Source: Bacteroidetes bacterium CG12_big_fil_rev_8_21_14_0_65_60_17 (lineage in GTDB: Bacteria > Bacteroidota > Rhodothermia > Rhodothermales > UBA10348). From it: a stretch of 64,000 nucleotides of DNA. Position numbers and translations under genes: made by a program. Numbering within the stretch: position 1 is the stretch's first letter; the number at the start of each line of letters is the position of its first letter. The notes under the pieces were generated by a model that saw nothing but the letters and a program-made list of their open reading frames with translations, did no database searches and was not told the DNA's origin. This document shows positions 49,093-57,224 of this stretch, piece by piece. The stretch is from positions 30,973 to 94,972 of the forward strand of contig PCUY01000072.1 of NCBI GenBank assembly GCA_002787815.1, read 5' to 3'.

Positions 49093-49854
49093 TCAAGCGG
49101 CTCGGTTCGACATGACCGACAACTGGTAGCGGAGCGTTTTGAGAACCTTTGCGAGAATCTGGCTGATTCTGGCCTCTGTCCGGTCCATGAGTTCGGCTAT
49201 TTCCCGAAGAGTCAGATTTTCGAAGTAGTAGAGAGCGAGTATGGTTTGCTCGCGGTCCGGGAGTTCGTTGATCAGCGTTTGGATGTATGCTTTCAGGCTC
49301 TCCCGGTCAATGGCCTCGAAGGCAAGCAGCGTGTCATTGTTCGGTATCGACTCGATCATGGTGTGATCGTCTTCCCCGTTCACCGGAGAATGCAGTGACA
49401 GGGAAAAGCGGCACTGTGCATCTTTGAGCAGTGTGTGGTAGTCGTAGAGTGACATGTCCAGGTACTCGGCCACGGCCTGGTCAGTGGGCTCTTCCCCAAG
49501 TTCCTGACGCAGCGTGTCCATGGCCTGGTGCGCCTCGGCAAGCAGGCGGCGGCGCTCCCGGGGGAGGGCATCGATGGAACGCAGGTAGTCCACCAGGGCA
49601 CCACGGATCCGGCCGTAGGCATAGGATACGAAGGGCGTACCCCGATCAGGATCGAATCCTTCAAGCGCCTGCAGCAGGCCAAGCTGACCCACGCTTTCCA
49701 GATCTTCACGCGATGCCAACGGGTGATCCGGAATGTTCAGTCGCCCAACAATGGAGCGGATGAGGGGGACAGCGGCCGTGACAACGGCTGTACGGTTCAC
49801 ATCGGAAGGGTTCGCTGCGAACGCGACGGCTACGGTTTGAAGATCCTGCGACAT
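49093..49854 (-). CDS. fliA: FliA/WhiG (sigma-28)-family RNA polymerase sigma factor
   Basis: Region 2 (REDLESVGQLGLLQALEGFDPDRGTPFVSYAYGRIRGALVDYLRSIDALPRERRR), region 3, and the region 4 HTH (LTLREIAELMDRTEARISQILAKVL); 253 aa. Confidence 0.78.
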   Translation of the reverse strand: MSQDLQTVAVAFAANPSDVNRTAVVTAAVPLIRSIVGRLNIPDHPLASREDLESVGQLGLLQALEGFDPDRGTPFVSYAYGRIRGALVDYLRSIDALPRERRRLLAEAHQAMDTLRQELGEEPTDQAVAEYLDMSLYDYHTLLKDAQCRFSLSLHSPVNGEDDHTMIESIPNNDTLLAFEAIDRESLKAYIQTLINELPDREQTILALYYFENLTLREIAELMDRTEARISQILAKVLKTLRYQLSVMSNRAA

Positions 49855-49880
49855 GGCGAAAAGGGGTTGAGGGGTTGGTG

Positions 49881-50165
49881 TCAGGCCGCTTTCTGGGCAT
49901 CCGGAATCCGGACGTCCCCACGCGAGTCAGCTTCCACATACGGGGCATCCTCGGTCATGCGGGCAGATGGTTCCATGTCATCCATGAGGCGATGAACGGC
50001 AAAATCACCGAGTAACAGCATGGCCCAGGTGGTACATCCGGCAGAACCGGCCCACAGGAGGGAGGGTGCCAGTCCGGAACCAGCCTGCAACAGGTTGGTG
50101 GCGGTCAGTGCGGCGACCAGCAAGCTGAACTGTATGATGAGGCTTCGCATGGGATATGGAATCAT
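49881..50165 (-). CDS. small two-TM membrane protein with acidic tail (function unknown)
   Basis: I shortened the ORF-track ORF (to 50237) because a sigma-54 promoter lies inside its 5' end. In-frame ATGs lie at 50165 and 50150. The gene ends 26 bp upstream of the sigma factor gene. Confidence 0.5.
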   Translation of the reverse strand: MIPYPMRSLIIQFSLLVAALTATNLLQAGSGLAPSLLWAGSAGCTTWAMLLLGDFAVHRLMDDMEPSARMTEDAPYVEADSRGDVRIPDAQKAA

Positions 50166-50182
50166 GGTTCGACTCCATGTCA

Positions 50183-50198
50183 TGCAAAGCGTGTGCCA
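50183..50198 (-). promoter_or_regulatory. sigma-54 (-24/-12) promoter
   Basis: The minus strand reads TGGCAC-ACGCT-TTGCA, matching every specified base of the TGGCAC-N5-TTGCW consensus with exact spacing. It points at the small membrane protein and fliA-type genes. Confidence 0.7.
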
Positions 50199-50309
50199 GC
50201 GGTCAACACCCGTGCGCCCTGCAACGCTGAAAACCACCTCTTAGAGGCCTTAAGGGCATAAAAGACCCCTGTATTCCTGTAGTGAGTGGCAGGTCAGTCC
50301 ACGCGGGAA

Positions 50310-50360
50310 CGGAAAAATATTCCGTGATCCGGGCTTGTGTCGAGCGGAAGATATTTCCGC
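50310..50360. promoter_or_regulatory. two dyad-symmetric candidate enhancer (UAS) sites for the sigma-54 activator
   Basis: cGGAAaaataTTCCg (50310-50324) and gCGGAAgatatTTCCGc (50344-50360). Both are 5-N5-5 dyads with centres 35 bp apart, about 120 and 155 bp upstream of the -24 element. Confidence 0.5.
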
Positions 50361-50370
50361 AGGCCACCGG

Positions 50371-51771
50371 TCACGTCAGATACCCTTCCTCGCGATATTT
50401 CTTCAGTTTGTTGCGAATGGTACGGGCACTGATACCCAGTTTGTCGGCTGCCTTCTGCTGATTGTTTCCACTTTCCTCGAGTGCCTCGAGAATCATGTGT
50501 CGCTCCATGTCCTCGATGGTATCATGATGGGAGGCGCCGTCCGACTGGCCAGACCGGGACGACCCGGCGTCGGAGAAGAAACTGTCGTACACGTCCGGGA
50601 CGTCGACGAGGGGACGGTCGGCCGAGAGGAGCACACCCCGCTGGATCATGTTTTCCAGTTCCCGCACATTCCCGGGCCAATCCTGCTCCAGCAGACGCTG
50701 CATCAGGGCATCTGAAATGTCTTTTGACGGCAGTCCGTAGAGACGGCAGTATTTCTGTGCGAAATGCCGTGTCAGAAGCGGCACGTCATCCATCCGCTCT
50801 GAAAGTGGGGGAACGGTAAGTGGAAAAACAGCCAAGCGGTGATACAGGTCTTCGCGGAACAACCCCTCAGCAATGGTCTGCGAGAGGTTGCGGTTGCTCG
50901 TTGCAACCACGCGGACATCCACCTTTTTTACTTCCGCTGAACCGATTTTCTGGACCTCCTGCTCCTGGAGCACCCGCAGCAACTTTGCCTGGATGGGAAG
51001 ATCGATCTCGGTGATTTCGTCGAGCAGCAGCGTCCCTCCGTCGGCGCGTTCAAATGCACCCGTCATGTCTTCCACGGCGCCGGTGAAGGCACCCTTGCGG
51101 TGGCCGAACAAGTGGCTTTCCACCAGATCGCGGGGGAGGTTCGCACAGTTCAGCGCCAGATATGGCCCGCTCGCACGATCACTCTCATTGTGTATCAGCC
51201 GGGCGAGAATCTCTTTACCGGTTCCGCTTGCCCCCTGGATGAACACGGGAGCGCGGTTTCTGGCTACACGCGGCAGCATGTCTTTCAACCTGCGAATGGG
51301 CCCGGACTGGCCCACGTACATGTCATCCACCGAACCCTGTGCCGCACTGCCCGGGCCGCGTTGTGTGCGGCTCTTTCCTGCAGCAGCGGTTTCTTCCGGA
51401 AGTGGCGTGTCGAGGGATTTCTGGACGCGCTCCACCAGTTCGGCGGCGGTAAATGGTTTCGGGATATAGTCAATGGCGCCATGCTGCATCATCCGTACGG
51501 CGTGCTGTACGTTGGCGTGTGCCGTGACCATGATCACGCGTGTCGTCGGGTAATGCTCACGGATGTGACTGAGCAATGAAAACCCGTCCATGTCGGGCAT
51601 CATGAAGTCGGTGACGACAATGTCAAACGACTCTCCAGCCAGGATATCGATGGCCTGGACAGCGCTGGAAGAGCATGTCACGTCAAAGCCGTGACGGGAG
51701 AACAGGCGCTCGAACAGGTTGTGGAGTAGATGTTCGTCATCGACGAACAGGAGCCGGGGGGTGTGTGACAT
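50371..51771 (-). CDS. sigma-54-dependent response regulator (NtrC/FleR-type enhancer-binding protein)
   Basis: REC domain (LLFVDDE...VVTDFMMPDMDG), an AAA+ domain with Walker A GASGTGKE and the GAFTGA loop, and a C-terminal Fis-type HTH (QQKAADKLGISARTIRNKLKK). Confidence 0.92.
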   Translation of the reverse strand: MSHTPRLLFVDDEHLLHNLFERLFSRHGFDVTCSSSAVQAIDILAGESFDIVVTDFMMPDMDGFSLLSHIREHYPTTRVIMVTAHANVQHAVRMMQHGAIDYIPKPFTAAELVERVQKSLDTPLPEETAAAGKSRTQRGPGSAAQGSVDDMYVGQSGPIRRLKDMLPRVARNRAPVFIQGASGTGKEILARLIHNESDRASGPYLALNCANLPRDLVESHLFGHRKGAFTGAVEDMTGAFERADGGTLLLDEITEIDLPIQAKLLRVLQEQEVQKIGSAEVKKVDVRVVATSNRNLSQTIAEGLFREDLYHRLAVFPLTVPPLSERMDDVPLLTRHFAQKYCRLYGLPSKDISDALMQRLLEQDWPGNVRELENMIQRGVLLSADRPLVDVPDVYDSFFSDAGSSRSGQSDGASHHDTIEDMERHMILEALEESGNNQQKAADKLGISARTIRNKLKKYREEGYLT

Positions 51772-51851
51772 GGAGGGAATATTGCGTCATCGATACGCAA
51801 ATATACCTCAAATTCCCAGCAAGTTTCAGATTCTCCCGCGTTGGGAAGTTG

Positions 51852-52592
51852 TCAGTCTGTCGGCGGCAGGGTAAGCACGAAGACCGTTCCGTTTTCGGGA
51901 GAACTCCCCTCAAGGACGAGCGTGCCTTTGTGCAAACGGGCAATCTGCTCGGCAAGTGGCAAACCCACACCCAGATTCCAGGCCTTCGTCGTGTGGAATG
52001 GCTGAAAGATGAGGTCCGGTGAGGTTTTGTGGCTGAGCGTACCCTCGTTGTGCACCTGTATGTGAATGGGGGGATTCGCGCCTGGTGCCGGGTTTCCCCG
52101 CGACAGGGTTATGGTTACGGGTGTTTTCTCGTGGTGTGTGGCCTCCAACGCATTCGTCACAAGGGCCATGACCGCCTGGCGCAGGGCTTTCGGGTCCGCC
52201 ATGACCCGCTGTCCCACGGGCAGGTTCATGTCAAAGCGTACGCGACGGGCATCCGTATCCGGAAGAATGCGTTCCAGGTGACGAACAACGTCGGTCAGCA
52301 CGACCGATCGCAGAACGACGTTGGGGTTCGCATGGTACAGGTCCAGGTCCTCCAACACGGATTCAATACGCCGGACACTCTCCAGGATCCTGATGCCGGA
52401 CTCCCTGTCCTCGGTTTTCGAAAGCGACGTCATGAGAAGCTCCGTATAGCCTTCTATACCACTCACAAGACTGCCTATCCGGTGGCGGAGTACCTGGGCA
52501 AACTCCCTGAATGGGGCCTCCTGTGCGGGTTGTTCGGCACCGCGCCTGACGGCCGGCCTGTTCCGGGCTATATTTCTGGATGTTTTTGACAT
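51852..52592 (-). CDS. soluble histidine kinase lacking any sensor or TM domain
   Basis: H-box FAQVLRHRIGSLVSGIEGYTELL, N-box LVTNALEA, and G/F boxes (HNEG, FQPFHTTK, GVGLPLA). Only 246 aa, so HisKA + HATPase alone. Confidence 0.8.
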   Translation of the reverse strand: MSKTSRNIARNRPAVRRGAEQPAQEAPFREFAQVLRHRIGSLVSGIEGYTELLMTSLSKTEDRESGIRILESVRRIESVLEDLDLYHANPNVVLRSVVLTDVVRHLERILPDTDARRVRFDMNLPVGQRVMADPKALRQAVMALVTNALEATHHEKTPVTITLSRGNPAPGANPPIHIQVHNEGTLSHKTSPDLIFQPFHTTKAWNLGVGLPLAEQIARLHKGTLVLEGSSPENGTVFVLTLPPTD

Positions 52593-52618
52593 GGAGGCTG
52601 TTGGCAGTGTTGTTGGTC

Positions 52619-53491
52619 TTACGACACCCGCTGTGTTGTAATGGAATCAAAGGAAGGAAGTGGGGCATGCAGCAGTTCGGCAGCAACGGTATCGACCGTC
52701 CGCATGAGTTCATCGCCGAGCAGAGGTCGCGCCGCTTCTGCAGACTCCATGTCCCTGGACCCGGAAGTTGTCGCCGCATAACCTGCTTCGATTACCAGAT
52801 TGGATGCGACGCTCACGAGCAGCTGCAGGAAAGGGGTAATGGTTGACGGATGGGCGACAGGATGCCCGCCAAGCGACATCACGTCGACGACGTAAGAAGG
52901 AAGGGCGAAGCGCAATCCTGCAAATGCACCGGTTTCGGAAGCATCGAACCCGAACAGAAGTTGTTGCGGGGTTCTCCAGTCGTGCGAATCGAAGAGAATG
53001 GTCTGAGGGGAAGAATCGGCCATAGCCGCGAACTGCGATGGGAAGGACTGGGCCAGCACAAGTGTTCCATAGTGGAAGAGCAGCCCTGCACTGAACGCTG
53101 TACCGGGCGGCGAGTCGGCTGCGTCCGGCCAGGTGCCTTTCGCCAATCGATGCGCAACGCGGGCGGTAGCATAGGCTTCGTTCCTGATGGCGTGAACCAC
53201 CTCCGCCTCTCTGACATGTGTCCGCGTGGACACGATCATGCGTGCCACACTCGCGGGCTCAAGGACTTCGATGGCCTGCGTAAGGCTGCCCACTGTGTTT
53301 CGTAGTCCGTAGTAGGAATTGTTGGCCCGCTTGAGCAGACCTGCCGCCGTAAAAAGATCGCGGGAAACAACCCCTGCCAGGGCACCGGCCCGGAGGGGAA
53401 GCCCGGTCTCGATCATATTCCTTACGCGCTCGGCAACAGACTCGACAGGTGGTCGCAGCAGGGTGAGGCCGGTAAAAAGTGTAGGTTCCAT
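52619..53491 (-). CDS. HDOD-domain protein
   Basis: AAGLLKRANNSYYGLRNTVGSLTQAIEVLEPASVARMIV and downstream HD-related helices resemble HDOD signalling modules. Confidence 0.7.
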   Translation of the reverse strand: MEPTLFTGLTLLRPPVESVAERVRNMIETGLPLRAGALAGVVSRDLFTAAGLLKRANNSYYGLRNTVGSLTQAIEVLEPASVARMIVSTRTHVREAEVVHAIRNEAYATARVAHRLAKGTWPDAADSPPGTAFSAGLLFHYGTLVLAQSFPSQFAAMADSSPQTILFDSHDWRTPQQLLFGFDASETGAFAGLRFALPSYVVDVMSLGGHPVAHPSTITPFLQLLVSVASNLVIEAGYAATTSGSRDMESAEAARPLLGDELMRTVDTVAAELLHAPLPSFDSITTQRVS

Positions 53492-53502
53492 GGTAGCGGA
53501 CC

Positions 53503-54345
53503 TCAGGCAGCAAGTCTGAGGGCGCCACTGCCTGACAGTCGGCGGGCCTCATCAATGCGTCCCTGTTTGATGTTCAGTGCCACAAGACGTCGACGCAGAA
53601 GCTGGCTCTCGGATCGAGTTTCGTAGAATGCCGTGTAGAGCGTGAGTGCTTCTTCCTGCCACCCCTGTTGGGCAATGGCCTGAATGACCTTGTCGGCCTC
53701 GGTCTCTTCAAGGTTCCGGATCATGATAGATGCGACGGCCGTGGCATCGCCCGGGTTATTGCGGTACAGGGCAAGCCTGAAACAATCCTCGCGCAGGGGA
53801 GCAGGCATGGTCTCAATCCCCTCCGGGTATGCACTTTCAAGGTGATCAGCTACATCATCCCATTTTCCGAGTTGCCAGGACCAGGCGGCCAGAAGCGTGT
53901 GCGTCTCGGTCGTTGAGAGCACGGTATCCCAGGTTGTCTTCGTGTCGCCGACGGCCAGGTTGGACATGTGCAGATAGGCCGCCAGATAGTCTTTGCGACC
54001 GGCAAGCACATTGACCTGGATCATGTGCGATGCCAACTGGTTCGGGAACAGGTCCAATGAACGGCCTGCCATGCGACGGGCAGGTTCCGTAGCGCCCAGT
54101 CGTCTCTGGGCTTCGGCCAGTGCCATTTCCATGGCGGCCCGTTCCTCCGGGTGGAATATCCGGGGCTGATCCATGGCTTGGCGCGCCTCGGCCGAGGCGG
54201 CCTCCCAGTTGCCATTTCGCATATGGTTCCAGATGGGAACGAGCGACGAGTAGGGGAGGTCGTCGCAGTCGAACGAGAGTTCGGGTACGCGGTAGCCGCT
54301 CAGAAAAGATTCTTCGCGGGGCTGGAGTGTGAGTTTGCGCATCAT
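53503..54345 (-). CDS. helical-repeat (TPR-like) hypothetical protein, first gene of the regulatory operon
   Basis: Repeated helical hairpins (GNWEAASAEARQAM, GKWDDVADHLESAY, GWQEEALTLYTAFYE, QGRIDEARRL). I trimmed the start to the ATG at 54345 because a terminator and a sigma-54 promoter occupy the ORF-track 5' extension. Confidence 0.5.
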   Translation of the reverse strand: MMRKLTLQPREESFLSGYRVPELSFDCDDLPYSSLVPIWNHMRNGNWEAASAEARQAMDQPRIFHPEERAAMEMALAEAQRRLGATEPARRMAGRSLDLFPNQLASHMIQVNVLAGRKDYLAAYLHMSNLAVGDTKTTWDTVLSTTETHTLLAAWSWQLGKWDDVADHLESAYPEGIETMPAPLREDCFRLALYRNNPGDATAVASIMIRNLEETEADKVIQAIAQQGWQEEALTLYTAFYETRSESQLLRRRLVALNIKQGRIDEARRLSGSGALRLAA

Positions 54346-54403
54346 GACGGTTCGGAATTTTGTGCTGTCCGGGTGTCCCGGTGTTCTTGTCTTCCCGTCG
54401 ATA

Positions 54404-54419
54404 TGCAAAGGGCCTGCCA
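54404..54419 (-). promoter_or_regulatory. sigma-54 (-24/-12) promoter upstream of the regulatory operon
   Basis: The minus strand reads TGGCAG-GCCCT-TTGCA (one mismatch to TGGCAC-N5-TTGCA, exact spacing), 59 bp upstream of the proposed ATG at 54345. Confidence 0.6.
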
Positions 54420-54539
54420 ACGATGAAATACGCTCTGGCGTCCCGAAAACCGTATGACGAATCGTGAACAGGCGGTAATCCTTTCCTGAAGGAGCGCAAA
54501 TATTTCCCATGTCGCGTTGCGAACAGCCCTGTTACAGAG

Positions 54540-54570
54540 AAGGCCCGGAGCGCATTGCGCTCCGGGCCTT
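54540..54570 (-). terminator. GC-rich stem-loop terminator downstream of rplU-rpmA
   Basis: AAGGCCCGGAGCGC-att-GCGCTCCGGGCCTT forms a perfect 14-bp stem with a 3-nt loop, about 80 nt after the rpmA stop. The minus-strand trailer is UCUCUGU, which is only weakly U-rich. Confidence 0.6.
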
Positions 54571-54648
54571 CCAAGATGCTGTCCACACAGGTGGTATGGT
54601 GCGTCCCGTTACGTGCTCGTTATATGTAACAGCTCATTGCCGCTCGGG

Positions 54649-54903
54649 CTACTCGCTGTCCACGTGGACGAATTTCCGGTTGCCCTGTCCACGGGAGAAT
54701 CGAACTTTGCCGGTTTGCGTCGCGAAGAGCGTGTCATCACCGCCACGACCGACATTGCTGCCCGGATGAAATTTCGTGCCGCGTTGACGTACAATGATGG
54801 CGCCTGCCTGTACGAACTCGCCTCCGTAGGCCTTGATACCAAGCATCTGGGGGTTCGAATCCCGACCGTTCTTGGTCGACCCCATTCCTTTCTTATGTGC
54901 CAT
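54649..54903 (-). CDS. rpmA: 50S ribosomal protein L27
   Basis: [31 protein letters not shown]...[13 protein letters not shown]. Confidence 0.97.
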   Translation of the reverse strand: MAHKKGMGSTKNGRDSNPQMLGIKAYGGEFVQAGAIIVRQRGTKFHPGSNVGRGGDDTLFATQTGKVRFSRGQGNRKFVHVDSE

Positions 54904-54932
54904 TGCTGAGCTCCTCTGGGATTAGGTTCGGA

Positions 54933-55247
54933 TCAACCGGCGTTGAGCGCGGTCACCTTGATCTGTGTGTACGGCTGCCGGTGGCCCCGTTTGACCTTGT
55001 ACCGCTTACGGCGCTTCTTCTTGAACACAAGCACCTTGTCCGCCTTTACGTGGTCAAGCACCGTGGCATTGACCGAGGCTCCTTCGACCGTCGGTGTACC
55101 CACCGATACGTTCTCACCATCGGCGACCAGCAACACCTTGTCAAACGACAATGTGGACGAGGTTTCGGCCGACTGGCGGGGAATGTACAGTGTGTCATCC
55201 TGGGACACTTTGTACTGCTTACCGGCGATTTCTACGATCGCGTACAT
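54933..55247 (-). CDS. rplU: 50S ribosomal protein L21
   Basis: MYAIVEIAGKQYKV...KKRRKRYKVKRGHRQPYT. Confidence 0.97.
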   Translation of the reverse strand: MYAIVEIAGKQYKVSQDDTLYIPRQSAETSSTLSFDKVLLVADGENVSVGTPTVEGASVNATVLDHVKADKVLVFKKKRRKRYKVKRGHRQPYTQIKVTALNAG

Positions 55248-55345
55248 ATCTTGCCTCTGCTTTGGGCGGCGGGTTGGTTACCGTCGCGAGAGTGTATACG
55301 AAAACATTCAGTCAATCAATATACGGCGCACGCACGAGCCGTTCA

Positions 55346-56014
55346 ATGCGTATGGATATGGAAGAATTGAGAATTCAGGGGACAGATCACGTGCTGCGCC
55401 CCGGAAAACTCGTGTGCGTGGGGCGCAATTACCTGGCCCATGCGCGTGAAATGAAGAGCGATGCCCCGACCGAACCCATGCTCTTCCTGAAACCGGCGAG
55501 CAGTCTGACGGGTTTCGGCGGTCAGATTCTGCTGCCGCCGCAATCGGATGACGTGCATCATGAAGTTGAACTGGTTGTCGTCGTTGGACGCCGGTTGTGC
55601 CGGGCAACACCGGACGAAGCGATCGATGCGGTTGCGGGGCTTGCTGTGGGACTCGACCTTACGGCACGTGATATTCAACAGAGGGCCAAGGAGCGGGGGC
55701 ATCCATGGAGTGTATCGAAAGGCTTCGACACGTTTGCTCCCCTGGGGACCGTTGTGGAAGCCGATCCGGAGCAGCCCCGTCGCATCTCCCTGAAAGTCAA
55801 TGGTACCATAAGACAGAAGGCTTCCACAGCAGACATGCTTTTCCCGGTTGCTGACCTCCTGGTGTATGCGTCCGGCATTTTTACGCTCCATCCCGGGGAT
55901 CTGCTTTTCACGGGGACACCCGAGGGGGTGGGACCGGTGCGCGAAGGCGATCTGCTCGAGGCGGAGATCGAGGGACTTCCGATTCTTGAGATCAGTGCCG
56001 ACCGTAGGCGCTGA
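55346..56014 (+). CDS. fumarylacetoacetate hydrolase (FAH)-family protein
   Basis: GKLVCVGRNYLAHAREM, HHEVELVVVVG, and the C-terminal GDLLFTGTPEGVGPV. I trimmed the 306-aa ORF to the ATG at 55346, because its 5' part runs antisense through rplU. Confidence 0.85.
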   Translation: MRMDMEELRIQGTDHVLRPGKLVCVGRNYLAHAREMKSDAPTEPMLFLKPASSLTGFGGQILLPPQSDDVHHEVELVVVVGRRLCRATPDEAIDAVAGLAVGLDLTARDIQQRAKERGHPWSVSKGFDTFAPLGTVVEADPEQPRRISLKVNGTIRQKASTADMLFPVADLLVYASGIFTLHPGDLLFTGTPEGVGPVREGDLLEAEIEGLPILEISADRRR

Positions 56015-57224
56015 GGTAAGCGGTCACGAATCCGGAGGCTGTCTGTCGCGGGCGAATGAGTTCTACCGTTCCGTCGCCGTGAATCCAGACCTCGGCCGGC
56101 AGCGGACGCATGTTGTAGGTGGACGAGAGAGACATGCCGTACGCTCCGGTGTCAAGTATGGCCACGATGTCACCTTCAGAGAGCTTCGGTATGTCCCTGT
56201 CCCGGGCAAAGAAGTCAGCCGATTCGCAGATATTACCGACTACATCATACGTTTCGGGGGGGGCGTCCGGGCGCGACAGATTGCAGATCGTGTGCCAGGC
56301 GTTGTAGAGTGCCGGACGGAGGAGGTGGCCCATCCCAGTGTCCAGGCCGGCGAACGTGCGCTTTCCGGTGGACTTGATGGTATTTACGCGGCTGAGCAGG
56401 ACGCCCGACTCGGCCGTGAAGTAGCGACCCGGTTCAAACCTGATTTCCAGATCCGCAGACGGGTGGGAGTCCACGAACTGTCTGATCGAGGCAACAATGG
56501 TGGATTCAAACGTCTCAAGATCGAGTGGTGCTTCGTCATCCCGGTACGGTACGCCAAGGCCGCCTCCGACGTTGACAAAGCGCAGGTCCGGGAGTGTCCG
56601 GGCGGTTTCCAGTATGACGGTCGCGGCATCCCACAGGACGTCCGTACGCAGTATGCCGCTGCCAATGTGCTGGTGGAGACCAATGATCCGAAGGTCATGC
56701 GCGGCTGCAATTTCCCGCACGCGGTCCATCTGTTCAATCGGGATACCGAATTTGCTCTTGTCACCGCCCGTCACCACATGTGCGTGGTGACCTGCTCCGA
56801 TCTGCGGGTTGATACGAATGCAGACATCACTTCCGTTGTACATCTGACCGAGCCGCTCAAGCCTCGATAATTCGCCGATATTCATGGCGACGCCAGCCTT
56901 CACCGCATGATGCATTTCCTCATCGGTCATATTGTTGGCCGAATAGAGGATATTTGCCGGGTCAAAGCCAAGACGCAGACAGAGGTCAAGTTCTCCCGGC
57001 GAAACGGCGTCAATTCCCAGCCCGGCACTGCGCATGACATTGAGCAGCGGCGGACAGTGATTGGCCTTCATGGCATAGAGAAGGCGTGCAGGGATACCCG
57101 TCAGGCAGCGGGCCAGATCGTCAATGCGCGTCTTTACGGTTGTTTCGTCATAGACAAAGACGGGTGTGCCGTGCTCGGCGGCAATCTGTTTCAGCAGATC
57201 GGGATGGAATGGTCGGGTGGACAT
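55992..57224 (-). CDS. lysA: diaminopimelate decarboxylase
   Basis: Fold-III PLP decarboxylase motifs YAMKAN, HQHIGSG, GGGLGVPY, EPGRYF and CESAD; 410 aa. Confidence 0.88.
   Translation of the reverse strand: MSTRPFHPDLLKQIAAEHGTPVFVYDETTVKTRIDDLARCLTGIPARLLYAMKANHCPPLLNVMRSAGLGIDAVSPGELDLCLRLGFDPANILYSANNMTDEEMHHAVKAGVAMNIGELSRLERLGQMYNGSDVCIRINPQIGAGHHAHVVTGGDKSKFGIPIEQMDRVREIAAAHDLRIIGLHQHIGSGILRTDVLWDAATVILETARTLPDLRFVNVGGGLGVPYRDDEAPLDLETFESTIVASIRQFVDSHPSADLEIRFEPGRYFTAESGVLLSRVNTIKSTGKRTFAGLDTGMGHLLRPALYNAWHTICNLSRPDAPPETYDVVGNICESADFFARDRDIPKLSEGDIVAILDTGAYGMSLSSTYNMRPLPAEVWIHGDGTVELIRPRQTASGFVTAYLSAYGRH

Noticed and set aside
54529-54632. 8-bp long-range inverted repeat (CTGTTACA at 54530-54537 and TGTAACAG at 54624-54631) flanking the rpmA terminator
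   Set aside because: It is too short and too far apart to distinguish from chance. The strong local 14-bp hairpin already explains termination.
54852-54862. GGTTCGAATCC, the classic tRNA T-arm/T-loop string
   Set aside because: It lies inside the rpmA coding sequence; the minus strand encodes ...[11 protein letters not shown]... of L27. No acceptor or anticodon arms can be built around it.
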